A stretch of 64,000 nt of DNA from positions 868,001 to 932,000 of the forward strand of contig OZ025800.1 in the NCBI GenBank assembly GCA_964019425.1, read 5' to 3'. Source of the stretch: Flectonema sp. DT1601. Taxonomy: Eukaryota. A program made the position numbers and the translations under genes. Position 1 is the stretch's first letter. Every line of letters starts with the position of its first letter. This document shows positions 9,319 to 22,572 of this stretch, piece by piece. The notes beneath the pieces were generated by a model. That model saw only the letters and a list, made by a program, of their open reading frames with translations. It made no database searches and was not told the origin of the DNA.

Positions 9319-12300
9319 CACTCCAAGATGGGGGGAAAAAGAAAAGAAAGAAAGAAGAAAACGTTAACGCAAACAAGTGGGTAGCAGAGATTGAAGACGA
9401 GTCGACTCGGCACAAACAGAAGTCATATTGGTTCATGGCTGTGCCCTTACTAACCAGCCTCCCTAAACAAACGAAATTGAAAAAAATATGAACTTTGGTA
9501 GGCGCCGTGTTCCACGTTCGTTGTCCTGTCATTTATTGTGCGCTCTTGTAAGACATACGTTTGGAAATGATGAATCAGTTATTTTTTAAAAAACGCTCAA
9601 AAAAAAAAGAAGAAAAAAAAAAAAAAAACCCCCCGATTTTTCAAAGTACGTACATGGTCGAGAACTTTTTCTTTTTTTGTCAAATTTTTAAAATATGTTC
9701 CGTCTACTCGTGCCTGAACCACATTCCGGGATCAGGTGAACCTTCCGAAGCTGCGAAAATGTGCATAAAATGAACTCTCTCGACATCGGCATTTGAAAGA
9801 TTGGTCAAAAATGAATCAAAAAACACCCCCCCCCCCCGACTCTAACTTTTCACATAATAACGGTTACCTCCGAAGACATATCTCTTGACTTGCGTTCTCA
9901 GAACCAACAACCGTTGTTTCTGCCTAAGTCCGTGAAAAGGGTTTTGGTGGAGGAATGGAAAATAGCGGGAGCTTGTTTTGTTTTACTCGCATTTGGGTTA
10001 GGTGAAGCAAGAGCATTGGGGCGGACCCACAAGGGTGTAGTAAAGTTATGATAGCCTTGATGAACCCACCAACGGGATGTAAACCATTACTAGGAACTCT
10101 ACAGATGTTACTACAGACTCGGAAGCTTTTATAATATTATTTACTATTGACGGTGTAGCACTACAATGAATTTATTTTAAGTTTCTGATGTGCATAATCA
10201 AAAACACGCACGTGTTATTTTTCTTTTTTGCTATTGGCTCTGTCTCGAACTGATGACTCCGGGGTCTGGGTACCCGCGACCTTGAAACAAAAAGAAATGA
10301 TCAGCAAGAAGTGGTAAAACCTCCTTTTATGAAACAATCACATGTGTCAAATGCCAAAATAATTGTAAGCACTAACATTGCAACGCGCTTACACGAACAC
10401 AAGGAACAGTTTCAACAAAGTTGAAATAGAATTGTACTCCGGACCAGAATATACGAAAATTATTTGATCCTTCTATAAAGTAAAAAAAGAAATATTGATT
10501 CACGAATTTTAGACACACAAAACACAGGAAGAGAGCCTCACCACAAGGTGTACAGTTGAGCGAAGCAACGTCTTTTCGTAAGTTCACTTCCTCCTGGTTT
10601 GTTTTGTGTGGAATTAAAAAACAGAATACCAAATGGGAAGAATTAATTACTTCAATAAGACGAAAGGAAAAAAAGAGAGAACTCAAACAGCAACCGCACC
10701 AATAGAGATCAAGGAGATTTTTTTTTTTTTTTCGCAGCTTCTACAGTATTAGAATAAGAAATTTAGCTTGCCTGCTGGTGTTTATAACTTTTATAACTAC
10801 TGCTGACATCTTTTTTTTTTTTTTTTTTTTTTTTTTCCCCTTTTTATGGGGTAGCGACTTTTAAGTTACGGAGATATTTTTTAAAAAGTAACTACACTTC
10901 TGGGTCGCACTGCTTGCAAGCAAATCAGGGAATATAGACTCCAGAAAAAAGCTGTCTCATCGAAGAAAGACGAGCTCAAGGAATTGAGTTTTATAAAGAA
11001 GGCGAGAAGCGTATCCATAATTGTTACAAACAACAACTCACTGTTCTATTTAACCAAAACACGACTTGAGAATGAAAATTGAAAACGATTGCCTCTCATT
11101 GAGTTACTAACATGTGTCTTGTTAAATATATTCACGTTTTTTTTTTTTTTTTTAGTTTTTTTTTTTTTCCTTCTTTTTTTGATACATCTTTAGATTCACT
11201 CTTGTGGCACACGGTAGAGTCGGAAAGAGTCGGAAAGGAAAAATAAAACAGAAAAACAGATTCACGGGGGAGAGTTTGTGAGAAAGAAACAACACAAACC
11301 CTACAGAACAGCCGAAGGCAAAAAAAAAAACGAAGACAATCACAAGAAGAACATATCGATATATCAGTTCAGACTGTGATATCGAAAAAGAATTATGAAC
11401 ATAACGACGTTCATCATCCTAGTTTAATAAAAGGAGAAAAAAGAAAAAATGTTCGCATGGGCACCAAAATCAAAAACCAAAAAAGAAAACACATCGTTCT
11501 GCTGTTCCATATTACAGCGTGGAATACTCTTTCACCACGAATACAACACACAACACATTATTACTCCGGCTATTGGTTGGGTATACAAACTCAAGTAGAC
11601 AAAAAGAAAACATTTATCCAAGTGAAGCAAGTAAACCGATGAGATGACTAATTAGTATTTTGACACATCAAAGGAAGTATTTCCTATCGATACGTCGTCT
11701 TTTGTAATGTTATTTAGCAACATCCCAGAACCATTGCGAGGATGGTACAAAGACTTTAATACGAATTGATACCAATAAGAATAAGATAAACAATTTCGGG
11801 GAGAAAAACTAAAGAAAAACAGATAAAAACCGCACAACACTTGGAAAGCAATTAACGGAAAAGTTAGGACATCAGTCGGAAGTCAGGAAGGTTTTTTTTT
11901 TTTTTTTTTTTTTTTTGGTTTTTTTTTTTTTTTTTGAGGTCTGTTCAATTTCGAAAAAAAACAAAAACAAAAAACAAAAAAAAAAAGGGGAGAAAAAAAA
12001 GAGAAAAAAAAAAGCGAAACCAATATAATATTGGGTTCGAGATTATTGTGATACCCTATGAAAAATAAAAACACTAAAAAAAATGATTATCTTTTGCACG
12101 GAAAATGCCGTAAAAACTGTAAAACACGTTTTCGTTTTTCTTGCCACTTATACTTGTGGGGTGCAAACGGGAATAAAAAAAAAAAAAAGAAAAGAGAGAA
12201 CGAGAGAAAGAGAATAATACTTTTTACGAAACTATCGTGACAATAAGATTCCTGGGATGACATCGGCTTTCACTTACTATACAGAAAATAATAAAACATT

Positions 12301-13597
12301 GCTGATGTTTTTTTGTTGTGTCATGAAACGACTTAAAACTGAGGAAGCTAAAGAAGGCTTTACCGCCCAACATTACTTTTATCACATACAATACCTGCTG
12401 AATTGTAAGAAGGGGGACAAAAAAAAGGTTCCACCAAGATTCGCAGTGCACCACATCTGCTCATTCACTGTGGATGTTTATCTCTCATTTTTTTTTTTTT
12501 TTTTTTTTTTCGGATTTCACCATTTTTCAAAAAAAAAAAACAACAAAAAAAAATTTTCTAAAAAAAATTAAAAAAAAAACATGACACACTACGGATCAAT
12601 GCAAGATCTAATTAAAAAGAACAGGCTTCCGTAGGAAAAAATGATAATTTTACTTCTCCAGGTTGAGGGAATATGTGAGTGAGTCACGGTAAACGTGAAA
12701 AGGAAAAATTACGCACTTTATTTTTTATTATTTTCCCGTACTCGTGCCAATGTTTCTTTGAGTATATGACCCAAACCTTGCGTCTCAATTCATATAAATA
12801 GGCGAAAACTTTGAGCACCAGGAGGGTGTTTGTTTTCTACTTAATTAATTTAAATCATATGTCGGTTAACCACTCGACAAGATCCTGGTTGGGTGAAAAA
12901 AAAAAGGGATAATAAGAAAACAAAAAAATCACACAGATTATAGAGAATTAATTATTTTTATTTCGTCCATCTCATATGTCAATGAGTTTCCCATTAATGA
13001 TGACGGTAATCTTTATTCTCGTTTTTTTTTTTTTTTTTTTTTTTTTTCCCCCATCTTTGCCTCCATAAAAAACGGAGTGAAAGAACGGAATACAACAAAA
13101 AGTGTGGCTGGAAAAAGTTTACTCAATAAAATTAAAAAAAACTCAACAACTAATCAACGATAAAGGCCAACAAAGAAACATGTTTAACGATGTTTAAAAG
13201 GCTCATCACAAATGAAGAGATCACACAAGGCAGTACGAAAAACAACAAATCATATAATTTAAAGGGAAAATAAACGATCGTGTTTTGGACAACAGGAAAG
13301 ATCGAAGAGAGAAAATGACATTCAGCTGTTTTGAACATCTTTTTCATTGATAGCGAAACATAAAGAGAAAATTTACTTTGAAGGGTAAGATAATGTCGTA
13401 TTTTTTTATAAAGCTAGGGAAGAAACGCTTAGAACGTGGACTGTGGGATCCACATGCGACACTGTGTTAGTGGGTTTTTCCCACTTTATCGGATTATTGC
13501 TGTGTGCAGTTTAGGATTTTTTTTATTCTTTTTTATTCCCACTTATTTTCTCTTTAGTTGATTATCTAAAGTGAACACCCAAAAGTTATAAGTTCAC

Positions 13598-14992
13598 TTA
13601 GAAAAACGACGATACAGGGGCATCCATTGGTATACCATCTGAACTTGAACTTGAGCCGTCACTTATCTTACGGTACACTTCTCCTGTGGCAAGAGCAAGC
13701 GAGATGTAGGTACCCAAAAGGGAACCTATCTGGTTAAGGAGACCAATTGCTTGGAGTACAACCTCTCTCTCGCTGGGACAGATTATTAGCTGTTCTTCTT
13801 TTATTTTTACAGCCTTTGCAACCATGGTAGCTGTATATCCGTTGAGAAGAGAAAAGAAGAAGACTGGAACCCCTACACTCCACCACCATACGTTAACATT
13901 ACCAAAGATGAAAGGTTTATTCTCATTCGTTGGTATACCATCTAACTCGATTGCGATGTATAGTAAGTAACTTGTTATTCCGGATAACAACACCATAAGA
14001 GGTAATAATTTCGCAATAACAATATACGTTGGAATGAATCTACCAATCATGTTGGCAAGGTAATAGAAAGCAGTGGCGTAGAAAACCTTTCCTTTATCAG
14101 CTTGGAAATATGGAAGCATACCAGGCATGACCATGTAGTTAAGAAAGCTATTCATGAAGGCAGCTGCGAGTTCGATTTTTGCAATTCGGAAAGCCTGTTT
14201 GAAGGTTGCAGATGTTCCAACGTCTGCTGTGTCACCAGTGCCTCCAGGAACTGGAAGTGGTCCAGTTATGATACTAGTCTCTGTGTGTGCTGTTGATAGC
14301 ATCGATGAGATTATACTCTGAGGCGATTGAATGTCTTGGTGAGCACTTTCATCATCACCTCCCACGAGAGCGTACATTGAATCAGGTTTCCAACGTTGGA
14401 CAAAACTTGTAAATTGCATGAGTACAAAAGCAAGCATTCCCAGTAATGACAAACCCAACAATATTATGAAGAAAACCGAAACATCAAAATTCTGGGTATC
14501 ATTCGCAGCCCCTTGAGCAGCTCCCAACATTACTCCCAGAAGACCAGACATTCCCATACCTGTTGACATTGCTGAAATAGCTTCTTTACGATAGTCACCT
14601 GCAAATGGAAACCATGTCACCTTTGACGTGCATCCGACAACACCTCCCAAGAAAGTCGTTAATAATAATGGAATACTATGTCCTCCGATATACTTATTCC
14701 ATGTGAAGCACAATAACAGGCAAACCAAAACCTCAATAACCAACATTACGCCAACAGTCACATCTTGTCTTAGACCAAATCTATGTCTCAATGGTAAATA
14801 TGCAAAAGGGGCTGCATTTCCAATTTGTACAACCGCACCAATAATAGCTGCTAGTTTGTCTCCTTCGGGTAACGTCTTCGTGAAGATTGGCATTTCAATG
14901 AATATCCCGTTTACAACTAACCATGGTGCTGCTCCTAATAAAAAGAACAGCCACCAACCATACAGACTCCAGGGATCTCCTAGTAGCCCCAT
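13598..14992 (-). CDS. SLC52 riboflavin-transporter-like membrane protein
   Basis: N-terminal W..VNGIFIEMP....LPEG..L...I...VQIGN and CTS.VT..PF..G.G.SGL match the SLC52/RFT pattern; about 11 hydrophobic segments. Confidence 0.8.
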   Translation of the reverse strand: MGLLGDPWSLYGWWLFFLLGAAPWLVVNGIFIEMPIFTKTLPEGDKLAAIIGAVVQIGNAAPFAYLPLRHRFGLRQDVTVGVMLVIEVLVCLLLCFTWNKYIGGHSIPLLLTTFLGGVVGCTSKVTWFPFAGDYRKEAISAMSTGMGMSGLLGVMLGAAQGAANDTQNFDVSVFFIILLGLSLLGMLAFVLMQFTSFVQRWKPDSMYALVGGDDESAHQDIQSPQSIISSMLSTAHTETSIITGPLPVPGGTGDTADVGTSATFKQAFRIAKIELAAAFMNSFLNYMVMPGMLPYFQADKGKVFYATAFYYLANMIGRFIPTYIVIAKLLPLMVLLSGITSYLLYIAIELDGIPTNENKPFIFGNVNVWWWSVGVPVFFFSLLNGYTATMVAKAVKIKEEQLIICPSEREVVLQAIGLLNQIGSLLGTYISLALATGEVYRKISDGSSSSSDGIPMDAPVSSFF

Positions 14993-16251
14993 TTTCGGGA
15001 TCCTTTTTAAATGAGAAAAGTATTAATAAACTGATTAAGATGCTTTCACCAGTCGTTGTCATTTTCTGTTAAGACAGAAGTCTTTTGACTAAGATCAGTA
15101 ACTGTACTTGTTGTATTTTTTCCTGCTGAAAGATAGAATTAGGTTGACAATAATCAATACTCAACACGCCTAAATAATTAACTGTGGTTTTCCCGTAAAA
15201 GATGGAACGAAAGAAGTAATGGAGAAAAAGAAAAAAATAATAATAATCCAATCCACATGCCTGTCAACTCTTACTTCATGACTTTTGTGCATGCAGCTTT
15301 ATGCGATTTGGAATTACTTAACGTACCGTAAAAGAAAATGAAATGTCAACACAAAAAAAGAACAAAGAAAAAAGTTGCCTTGACAAACTACCCATAGGAT
15401 TTCGTATCTTATTGTCTGTACGAAGCTATTAACCATCTGAGAAGCAACTTTCTTAAGTAATTTGAGTAAATCAAGAAGGGGGGTGGAGAAGAAGAAGAAG
15501 AAGATAAAGAATTACCACGTCCGAAATATACTTATTTGATGGACAGAAAAATAGAAACAACTATTCCTCTGTGTTCTTTGCATCTGTCGGAGCTGGAAGG
15601 TTAAGTGAATACAACTCTAATCACCCCTATTGAAGGGTTTGTATGCAGAAGATGAGATTGGGAAGTCAGATGAATAATATCAACAAAATCATCAACTGCA
15701 AATCAAAAAATCACATTTTCGCCCAATTAAAACCAGAATGCAAAAAAAGCCCCGATGAACTTTTTTTTTCACGCCGAATAATAACCAGCGAGGCGAGAAA
15801 TTCGGTTTCTATTCAAGCAACACACCTTGAGGATTGTAAAATATTTATTTTATGTTTTCCTCTTTTTTTTTAAAATAGTTTGCTTTTTTTTTTTTGAAGT
15901 CAGGAAAGTCAACCTCAGAAAGATAATTCGATCCTACACCAAAGCTGAGTATTGGGCCAAAGGCTCATCGAATCATCTCACAACGAGATCTGATTTAGAT
16001 ACAACAATAATAGGTAACTACCAAATCCTACCGCATACACAGGGCAGGCAGTGTTACGGCAGTGGCATGGTTGATTTAGAAAATTAGAGAATATTACAAC
16101 TAGATTAAGAAAAAACGTTTTTACCAAAGCTGGTTCCTTTTGATCAAGTTAGTATCATTAATTTTAGAACAGAAAAGTGAGAATAAGAAAAGTAGAGATC
16201 AATAAAAGAAAAGTATTCATTTCTGCAGTTTCCTAACATCAAAGGGTAATA

Positions 16252-16413
16252 GAATATGTAGTTTCAGGCCTTAATCTTATACTACTTGTCCCTTTTTAGG
16301 CCTTCATCAGTAAGTTCTAAGGGACTTCATTCTATGTTGAAGTTGCTATCGTTCAAAGATAAAAATCCATCGGAGCTCGCCAGGATAGGGCTAGCAATGT
16401 TTATTTGCTTTTG
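16252..16413. repeat. Dispersed repeat family B (second copy 62457-62641)
   Basis: Near-identical ribozyme block plus shared tccatcggagctcgccagga..gggctagca..atttgcttttg block; sequence between the blocks differs. Confidence 0.85.
16256..16325 (-). ncRNA. Hammerhead ribozyme candidate, non-circularly permuted (family B, copy 1)
   Basis: Minus strand GTCCCTT agaa CTTA CTGATGA AGGCCT aaa AAGGGAC aa GTAGT A TAAG atta AGGCCT GAA ACTAC; predicted cut 16280/16279. Confidence 0.8.
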
Positions 16414-16729
16414 CTCAATTTGAATTTTTGACGTCTTTCCTTTTGATCAAGTTAGTTAGTTAGTCGAAAGGGTTGTCACGAATAAAAAATAAAATAAAAA
16501 GGAGGGGTGGAAAAATAGATTTAAAAAAAAAAAAAAAAAAAAATTCTTCCTTTTCAAAAAGTAACCAAAAGATAATTAAATCTTTTTTTACTATTATCAA
16601 AAAGCCTATAGAATGAGCCAAATAAATAGAAGAAAGACATTAAAAAAACGGTTTGAAGTTAGTTTGAACCGCAGTAGTGCAGGTGTCCGACCTGAACGCA
16701 GTTCGATTACCCAAGCAGTAATCTTCTTT

Positions 16730-16762
<33 letters not shown>

Positions 16763-18357
16763 AAGAAAAGTGAATAGCGGGCGGACTTTTCAAAAATTTT
16801 AAACAATGAATTGAAAAAAGAAGAAAAAAAAAGAGGAAATAGTTGCTGTATGGTAAACTACGGCGATGCCCCAACTTAGTCTTTTAAAGTACCCGTTTGG
16901 CAACCACATATATCCATATATCACTTACCTCTATTCTCATCACCTGGCGTGGCGCAGAAGCAAATCAGTCAGCTATTGAGACTGAATTACTTCACTATAA
17001 AAAAGAGAGCACCTAGTTTTTTTTTTTTTTTTTTTTTTTTGAGGACAGTCTTAAGTGTCTGTTTCTAGATTTATTTTTTTTTTTTTTTTCTATTTTAATA
17101 ACGCCACTCAACTGAAACAAAAAAAGCTAAACGAGTAGACAGTATGACAAGAACAAGAGAGGAGGAGGCTACGATTCCTCTGTGAAGAAGCATAATGAAC
17201 ATGAGTCCCACGAAAATTTCATTTAATATGCGACTTTGTCTACATTTTGCACTAGGAAGAAAGAGAACGCTGATGGAATTTTTTTTTTTTTTCACTTCCA
17301 CACATACGAACATAGTTCACTTCCACACACGAAATGGGGGAAAATATACAAAACTGAAAAAACAAAAAAAACAAACCCATAAGAGTTTTTTTTTGTACCG
17401 ACGCAGTCGGAAGGAAACTACCCAGATTGAAAGCCGTTATTCCTTACGGTCATGATTTATTTTCCTCCATGCGACAGGATTCTGTCTGCGTTCAACGAAA
17501 TATTAAGGCTAATCCGAATGGTTTTTTTTTTTTTTTGTGTAAAAGAGAGGAAAGAAAAAAAATTGAAGGAATCACAGGCCAGTCGGGACCGAGACAGAAA
17601 AGGATTTTTTTTTTTTTTTTTTTTTTTTTCCTGCTTATCAGAACCCGCTTCGAAAAAGAAATTTATAAAAAATTAAAAAATAAGAAACGTTAAACAAAAA
17701 ATCGAGAGAGAGAGAGATAAGGAAGTTCATTACGTTATATATTGTGCATCGCTGATACAGCAAACTAAAGAGCATAGGGTTAACTCCCTAGAGCTACGAA
17801 GCAACGGCAACGTAAGTAAACCAGCATAGCTAAGGTCGAAGGCTGAACAGCATACCTAACAAGCAAAGGAAAAAGACTAAAAGAGAAACGGCGGAGCGCT
17901 CGGATATAAAAAAAAAAAAAATAAAAATAAAAAATAACGGAACACGACAAACTACATGATAAGTAATTCTGTTCTTTAATATATTGATACAAAGGGATAC
18001 TGAAAGTAATCGAATGAGGTGGAAAAAGAAAACCAAACCTTGATTGAGTACAAGAACGTTGAAGAGGCGAACTTTTGTAGTGATATGCCCACCCAAAGAG
18101 GCAAGGAGCAGGAGAATGTCCCTGAAGGCAACAGTTATTCGGCACCAACAGTGAGACTCCCAAAAATGTCTGTATTATAAAGGTCAGCTTCGACGTATCA
18201 ATTACACAAGCTATAAGGCAGCACTACAAGAGTTACTCTACACAGTAGATGTCAACAATTTTAAGACAAAATTGTCACATCTCATATTCGTTAAAATGAT
18301 AAGGCGATTCAATATTTTATAAAAATTAAAAAAAAAAAAACGATAAAAATGATCTGG

Positions 18358-18389
<32 letters not shown>

Positions 18390-20692
18390 CAAGTCGGAGG
18401 AATACCTTTTTCGTCACAGGTGCTACTCGTTAGTGATATCAGCAACCCATTTGACTGAATCGCCATAACGTCATAAACGTTATATTGATAAATGGTATAA
18501 AGAGGTTAGGTGGATGAAAGGAATACGTTTGCTATCATAAAAACACATCTTGATCACAAAACATACAACTAACGAACTCAGTCAGAAATCGTACGGACTC
18601 ATCTCTTTTTTTTTGAAAAAACAACTTCTTATTACCCGAGAGATTATTCATCGAATGAAAAAGAAAGGAAGGTGACGAAAAAAAAAAAATTTTCGTAATT
18701 CCCTCATTGTTAAGGAAGTCATCTCAATTGTAATAATTTGTTTTATACGAAATTAGTGTTTCTGTCGAGCGGATTTGAAATGTGGCGATGCGATGAACAT
18801 TTGTAAAAGATCAGATTTAACATTTCAGCACCGACTACGAGTTTTCTTACTAACGAGATCATCTCATACAAGTTCCTTTTTTTTTATCTACAGTCACCAA
18901 TCAAGTCTCCTGAGTGCGACTGATCTGCATTAAAGAGTTTCACTAGTTGGTCATAATTAAATTTGGTTCGTTCTTTTTATTATTTTATTAATGAGTCTAC
19001 AGTCACCAAATACTCATAGTGCGGATATTCAGCAACAAAGAGTTGGTCACAGTCATGCAAGAATAGTTCTACAGGTATCCATCAGGTCTCTGATGCGACT
19101 GATCTGCGAACCAAAAAATCAGTTTTTTTTTTTTTTTCTTTTTTTTTTTAGCAAATCCAAAACCGATGATTGAGGTCTGGGTAACCCGCACCAGTAGAGG
19201 ATCCATCCTATCACGGAGATTGTGTTTTTTATTGCTCCGGTTGGACTGAGTACTTCCCAGCTGTCCACCTTGCCAGAAACTTGGTTGAATATAAAAAAGA
19301 AAATAATAAATGATCAGGGATAGGATACGGAGCAATAAATAAAAACATCACTTCTACTTTCCAGATATAAAACGCTTTCTGCTTCCTTGAAAGAATCGCA
19401 TGTTTTTTTTTTGTTTTTTTTCGAAGTCAGGGAATTCAAAACCCCCGAGGAAGTCTGTGAGGCATTAGTAATTTCGTTACCACACACCGTGAGACTCTCA
19501 CAGGCGAGAAGAGACGTAATTTTTAAGCAAAATGTGTCAAAGACTTCTTCACGAAAGAAAATTAAAAAAAAAAAAAAAAATCAGGAAAAATAAAAAACAA
19601 AAAGAATAAATTTAAAAAAAAAAAAAAGGAAAAGGTTAACTGTTTGAGCAAACCTATAGTGATACAAATTGTATCAAAGTAAACTAATATAAACATGAGA
19701 CTGTATACTATTAGTAGAGGCAAACGCTCCGAAAATGTCATAAAAGACTCTACATTATAGTCAATAGCTTTAACTTATCTACAATTGTACCTTTTTTCCG
19801 CCGTGAGCTGGGAAACCAAAACTAGAGTACAATGAAATACGGCAGAGTGTAAGTTTCGCTTAATAATAACATGATCACTCTCAGCTGGGTTGGGGGGGTT
19901 AACTGTTTGATTTTGTACGTAAATACAATTGTATTCATAAACGGTTAGGGTGGGGGGTAACTCGATACCAACTTGAAATTGGCAAAAACCAATATAAGGT
20001 TCGGCCAAGCCTAAGAAGATCAGCAGCTGGTATCGACAAAACCCCCATACGAATATGGGGATTCGGGGGCCACGTACTACAGGTTGAGCTCTGTAGCCCG
20101 TTACAGCTTAAAAATAGCATTCCTTCACACTTTATAAATCAAATAAACATTAAAGGAAAATCAAAAAAGATAAAATTACTTTTTTTTTTCTTTTTTTTTT
20201 TTGACGGAGGGGGAGCTACCTGAAAAGCTGCTTGATAACTGCAAAAAGTAAGCGTGAGTAATTTCACACTCGGGTAATTAAAAAATTAATTACGGTGTAG
20301 ACACACAACAATACATCGAAGAAAGTAAAATATTTCACAAATATTTGTGTGAACAAATTCGCATCAAGTTAGCTTGTTAAGCCTCGCTTGTATAGAAAAC
20401 AGCATTGTATGACAAACAAAAAGAAAAAACAACAGTAGCCCAGTGTGCACTATCCGCAACGAGTTAGTTCGTTACTGATGAAAAAACTCGAATGCAAAAT
20501 ACCAACATTAACAGTAGGCTCCGTTTGTAAATAGGGAGAAAAAACAAATAACCAACAATCGAATCGCAAGCACGACAGCTCAGTCGTCAACTGCTACTTT
20601 TACGTGAGCAGCGATGATTCTTTCAGTTTCTTTTTTAATGAAACTCAAAGGTAAAGAATAGAGAGAAGGCCTAACTAAAATATAACACAACA

Positions 20693-21262
20693 TCAAGTAT
20701 CCATAACTGCACTAACCTCAACTGGGTCCTCAAGTACGATCGCAAGAGTAGCGTCACCATTAGGTGACCACTCTGTGGTTGGTGGACTTACAGGCTTCTG
20801 AATAGGACTTGGTGATGGAACAGATGTATTTATTACGATATGAACTTCTGTTTGTTTAGTTGGACTCAGAGACGATGATGATAATCTCTTCACACCAACA
20901 GAACCAATCGAAGGAGTCGTGCATCCTCTACTACGACTCACACCGTGACTTCCCAGTTGACTTGAGGAACCTCTTTCTCGTGCTCTCTCTCTTCTTCGTT
21001 GTGCACAATTTTTATACATAAAGAAGAACATTGCACACATACATCCACATGCACATGTTGCTATTGCGATTGCTACTATGACTGGCATGTAACAAGTTAA
21101 AAACGATCCACACTTCTCTCCATCACAACATCCATACGTACATGGGATAGGATCAAATGTGGTGTTTCCGAGATTGCCAACTGAACATTCATTTTGACCA
21201 ACAACAGCCTGCAACATGTTGAGAACCGAAAGTGTCACTAGTAAGTGACGAACGGTCATCAT
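20693..21262 (-). CDS. Small type I membrane protein with Cys-rich ectodomain (Shisa/WBP1-like layout)
   Basis: Signal peptide, CTYGCCDGEKC ectodomain, one TM with Cys cluster, basic then S/P-rich tail. Confidence 0.7.
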   Translation of the reverse strand: MMTVRHLLVTLSVLNMLQAVVGQNECSVGNLGNTTFDPIPCTYGCCDGEKCGSFLTCYMPVIVAIAIATCACGCMCAMFFFMYKNCAQRRRERARERGSSSQLGSHGVSRSRGCTTPSIGSVGVKRLSSSSLSPTKQTEVHIVINTSVPSPSPIQKPVSPPTTEWSPNGDATLAIVLEDPVEVSAVMDT

Positions 21263-21545
21263 GTCCTGAATGGAAAATAAATAAAATAATAATCCAAAGA
21301 CAGCTCCAATTAACCCAAAGTCGTCTTACTGTACGTTGATTCGGTTGTTTGCTCACCTGGTGGAATAAATAAATGAGTTTTTTTTTTTTTTTTTTTTTGA
21401 CATGTAAAATTATTTAATGTCCATTAAAGACAAGAAGAACAATTACCGCATTAGTTAGTGTGTTTGCTTATAATGATTTCTCTCTTACCGTTGTAGGTCA
21501 ATTCAAGTGTGATCAGTTATTATATTATTATTATTATTATTGTAG

Positions 21546-22380
21546 TTATTTACCAACTTCAGACATGAATTTACTGTATTCGTCATCGAGTTCGGTAGTT
21601 GTACGTTTTTGAGCTTTTAATCCACCAGAGTTAAAGAAAACAGAAGAAGTAGTAGTTGGTGCTGACGGAGAGTATTCCTGAATGTCATCAGAGTTATCGT
21701 CACTGCTATAACCAAAGTCAGGTACAAGATCGATTGTTGTCTTTGATGGAATTACACAACTCGGTGTTGGTGGTGCTTGTGGCTCAACCATCTGGACAGC
21801 AGGAGCTATAGATGTTGCCAACTCTTCACGTGATATATCCAGTCCTCCGGGTATTAATGTTTTACCTTTGGTGGTTACAGCTCGTTTTTTTGTTACACTT
21901 CTAGGGACCATGGACATCATCAGTGCCGGGTTTTGAACTAATTTCGGTTCTGGAGTCTCCACAACAGGTTCTTCAACTTTAGGTTCAGCCGGTTTTAATT
22001 TTGCCTTTGCCGCAGCAGCAGCGTCTCTTTCCCGCAGCTGTGGTTCATATTCCGTGAGTAGCTTTTTCATTTCCCATTTTTCTTGACGTTGTCTATGTGA
22101 TATCAACCCTAGCTTATCCTGCTTTTCTAATGCTCCAACCTTTCTTCGCAACGTTTCAGGATCATCTTCTATTTGTTGTTTGAACTTCTTTTCTCTCCTT
22201 TCCTTGTCTTTTCTTCCTTGTTCTTTCTTTTTTTGCTGTCGTTTCAGCTGTTCTAAGGGAGCGCTGTTGGTGATATATTAACGTCAGTTGATGAAGGAAT
22301 TGACAATGCAAAGGTTTATAAAATACATACAGTGGTCTGGAGACCTTTCCATCAGGTCCAATAGTTCCCTTCTTACCCAT
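21546..22380 (-). CDS. WBP11-like splicing factor; exons 22380-22331 and 22263-21546
   Basis: Intron 22264-22330 (GTATGT...CAACAG) joins MGKKG.. to PLEQLKRQQKKKE..DDPETLRR; C-terminal DDEYSKFMSEV resembles the WBP11 tail; 256 codons in frame. Confidence 0.65.
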
Positions 22381-22572
22381 CTTTGTTGTGATGGATGAAG
22401 CAAGATTCTGAAAAAATAAAATGAAATAAAATGAAATGAAATGAAAAAGAAGAAACGTGTAAAGTAAACAATCATCAGTTTTAGAAAAACATAATAAAAA
22501 GATAGCAGACTTCAACCGCAGAAACGAAAAGACGTGTGCTATATATCAAAGTGTAAATGGCTGTTTAAAAGT

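Noticed and set aside
10240..10290. Plus-strand GTC..CTGATGA..GGGGTC/GACCTT..GAAACA hammerhead-like motif
   Set aside because: Four unpaired bases after CUGAUGA, almost no stem I, and the related sequence at ~19162-19192 lacks the core
9296..20120. Many short poly-K/poly-F ORFs in the ORF track
   Set aside because: Translations of A/T homopolymer runs in intergenic DNA
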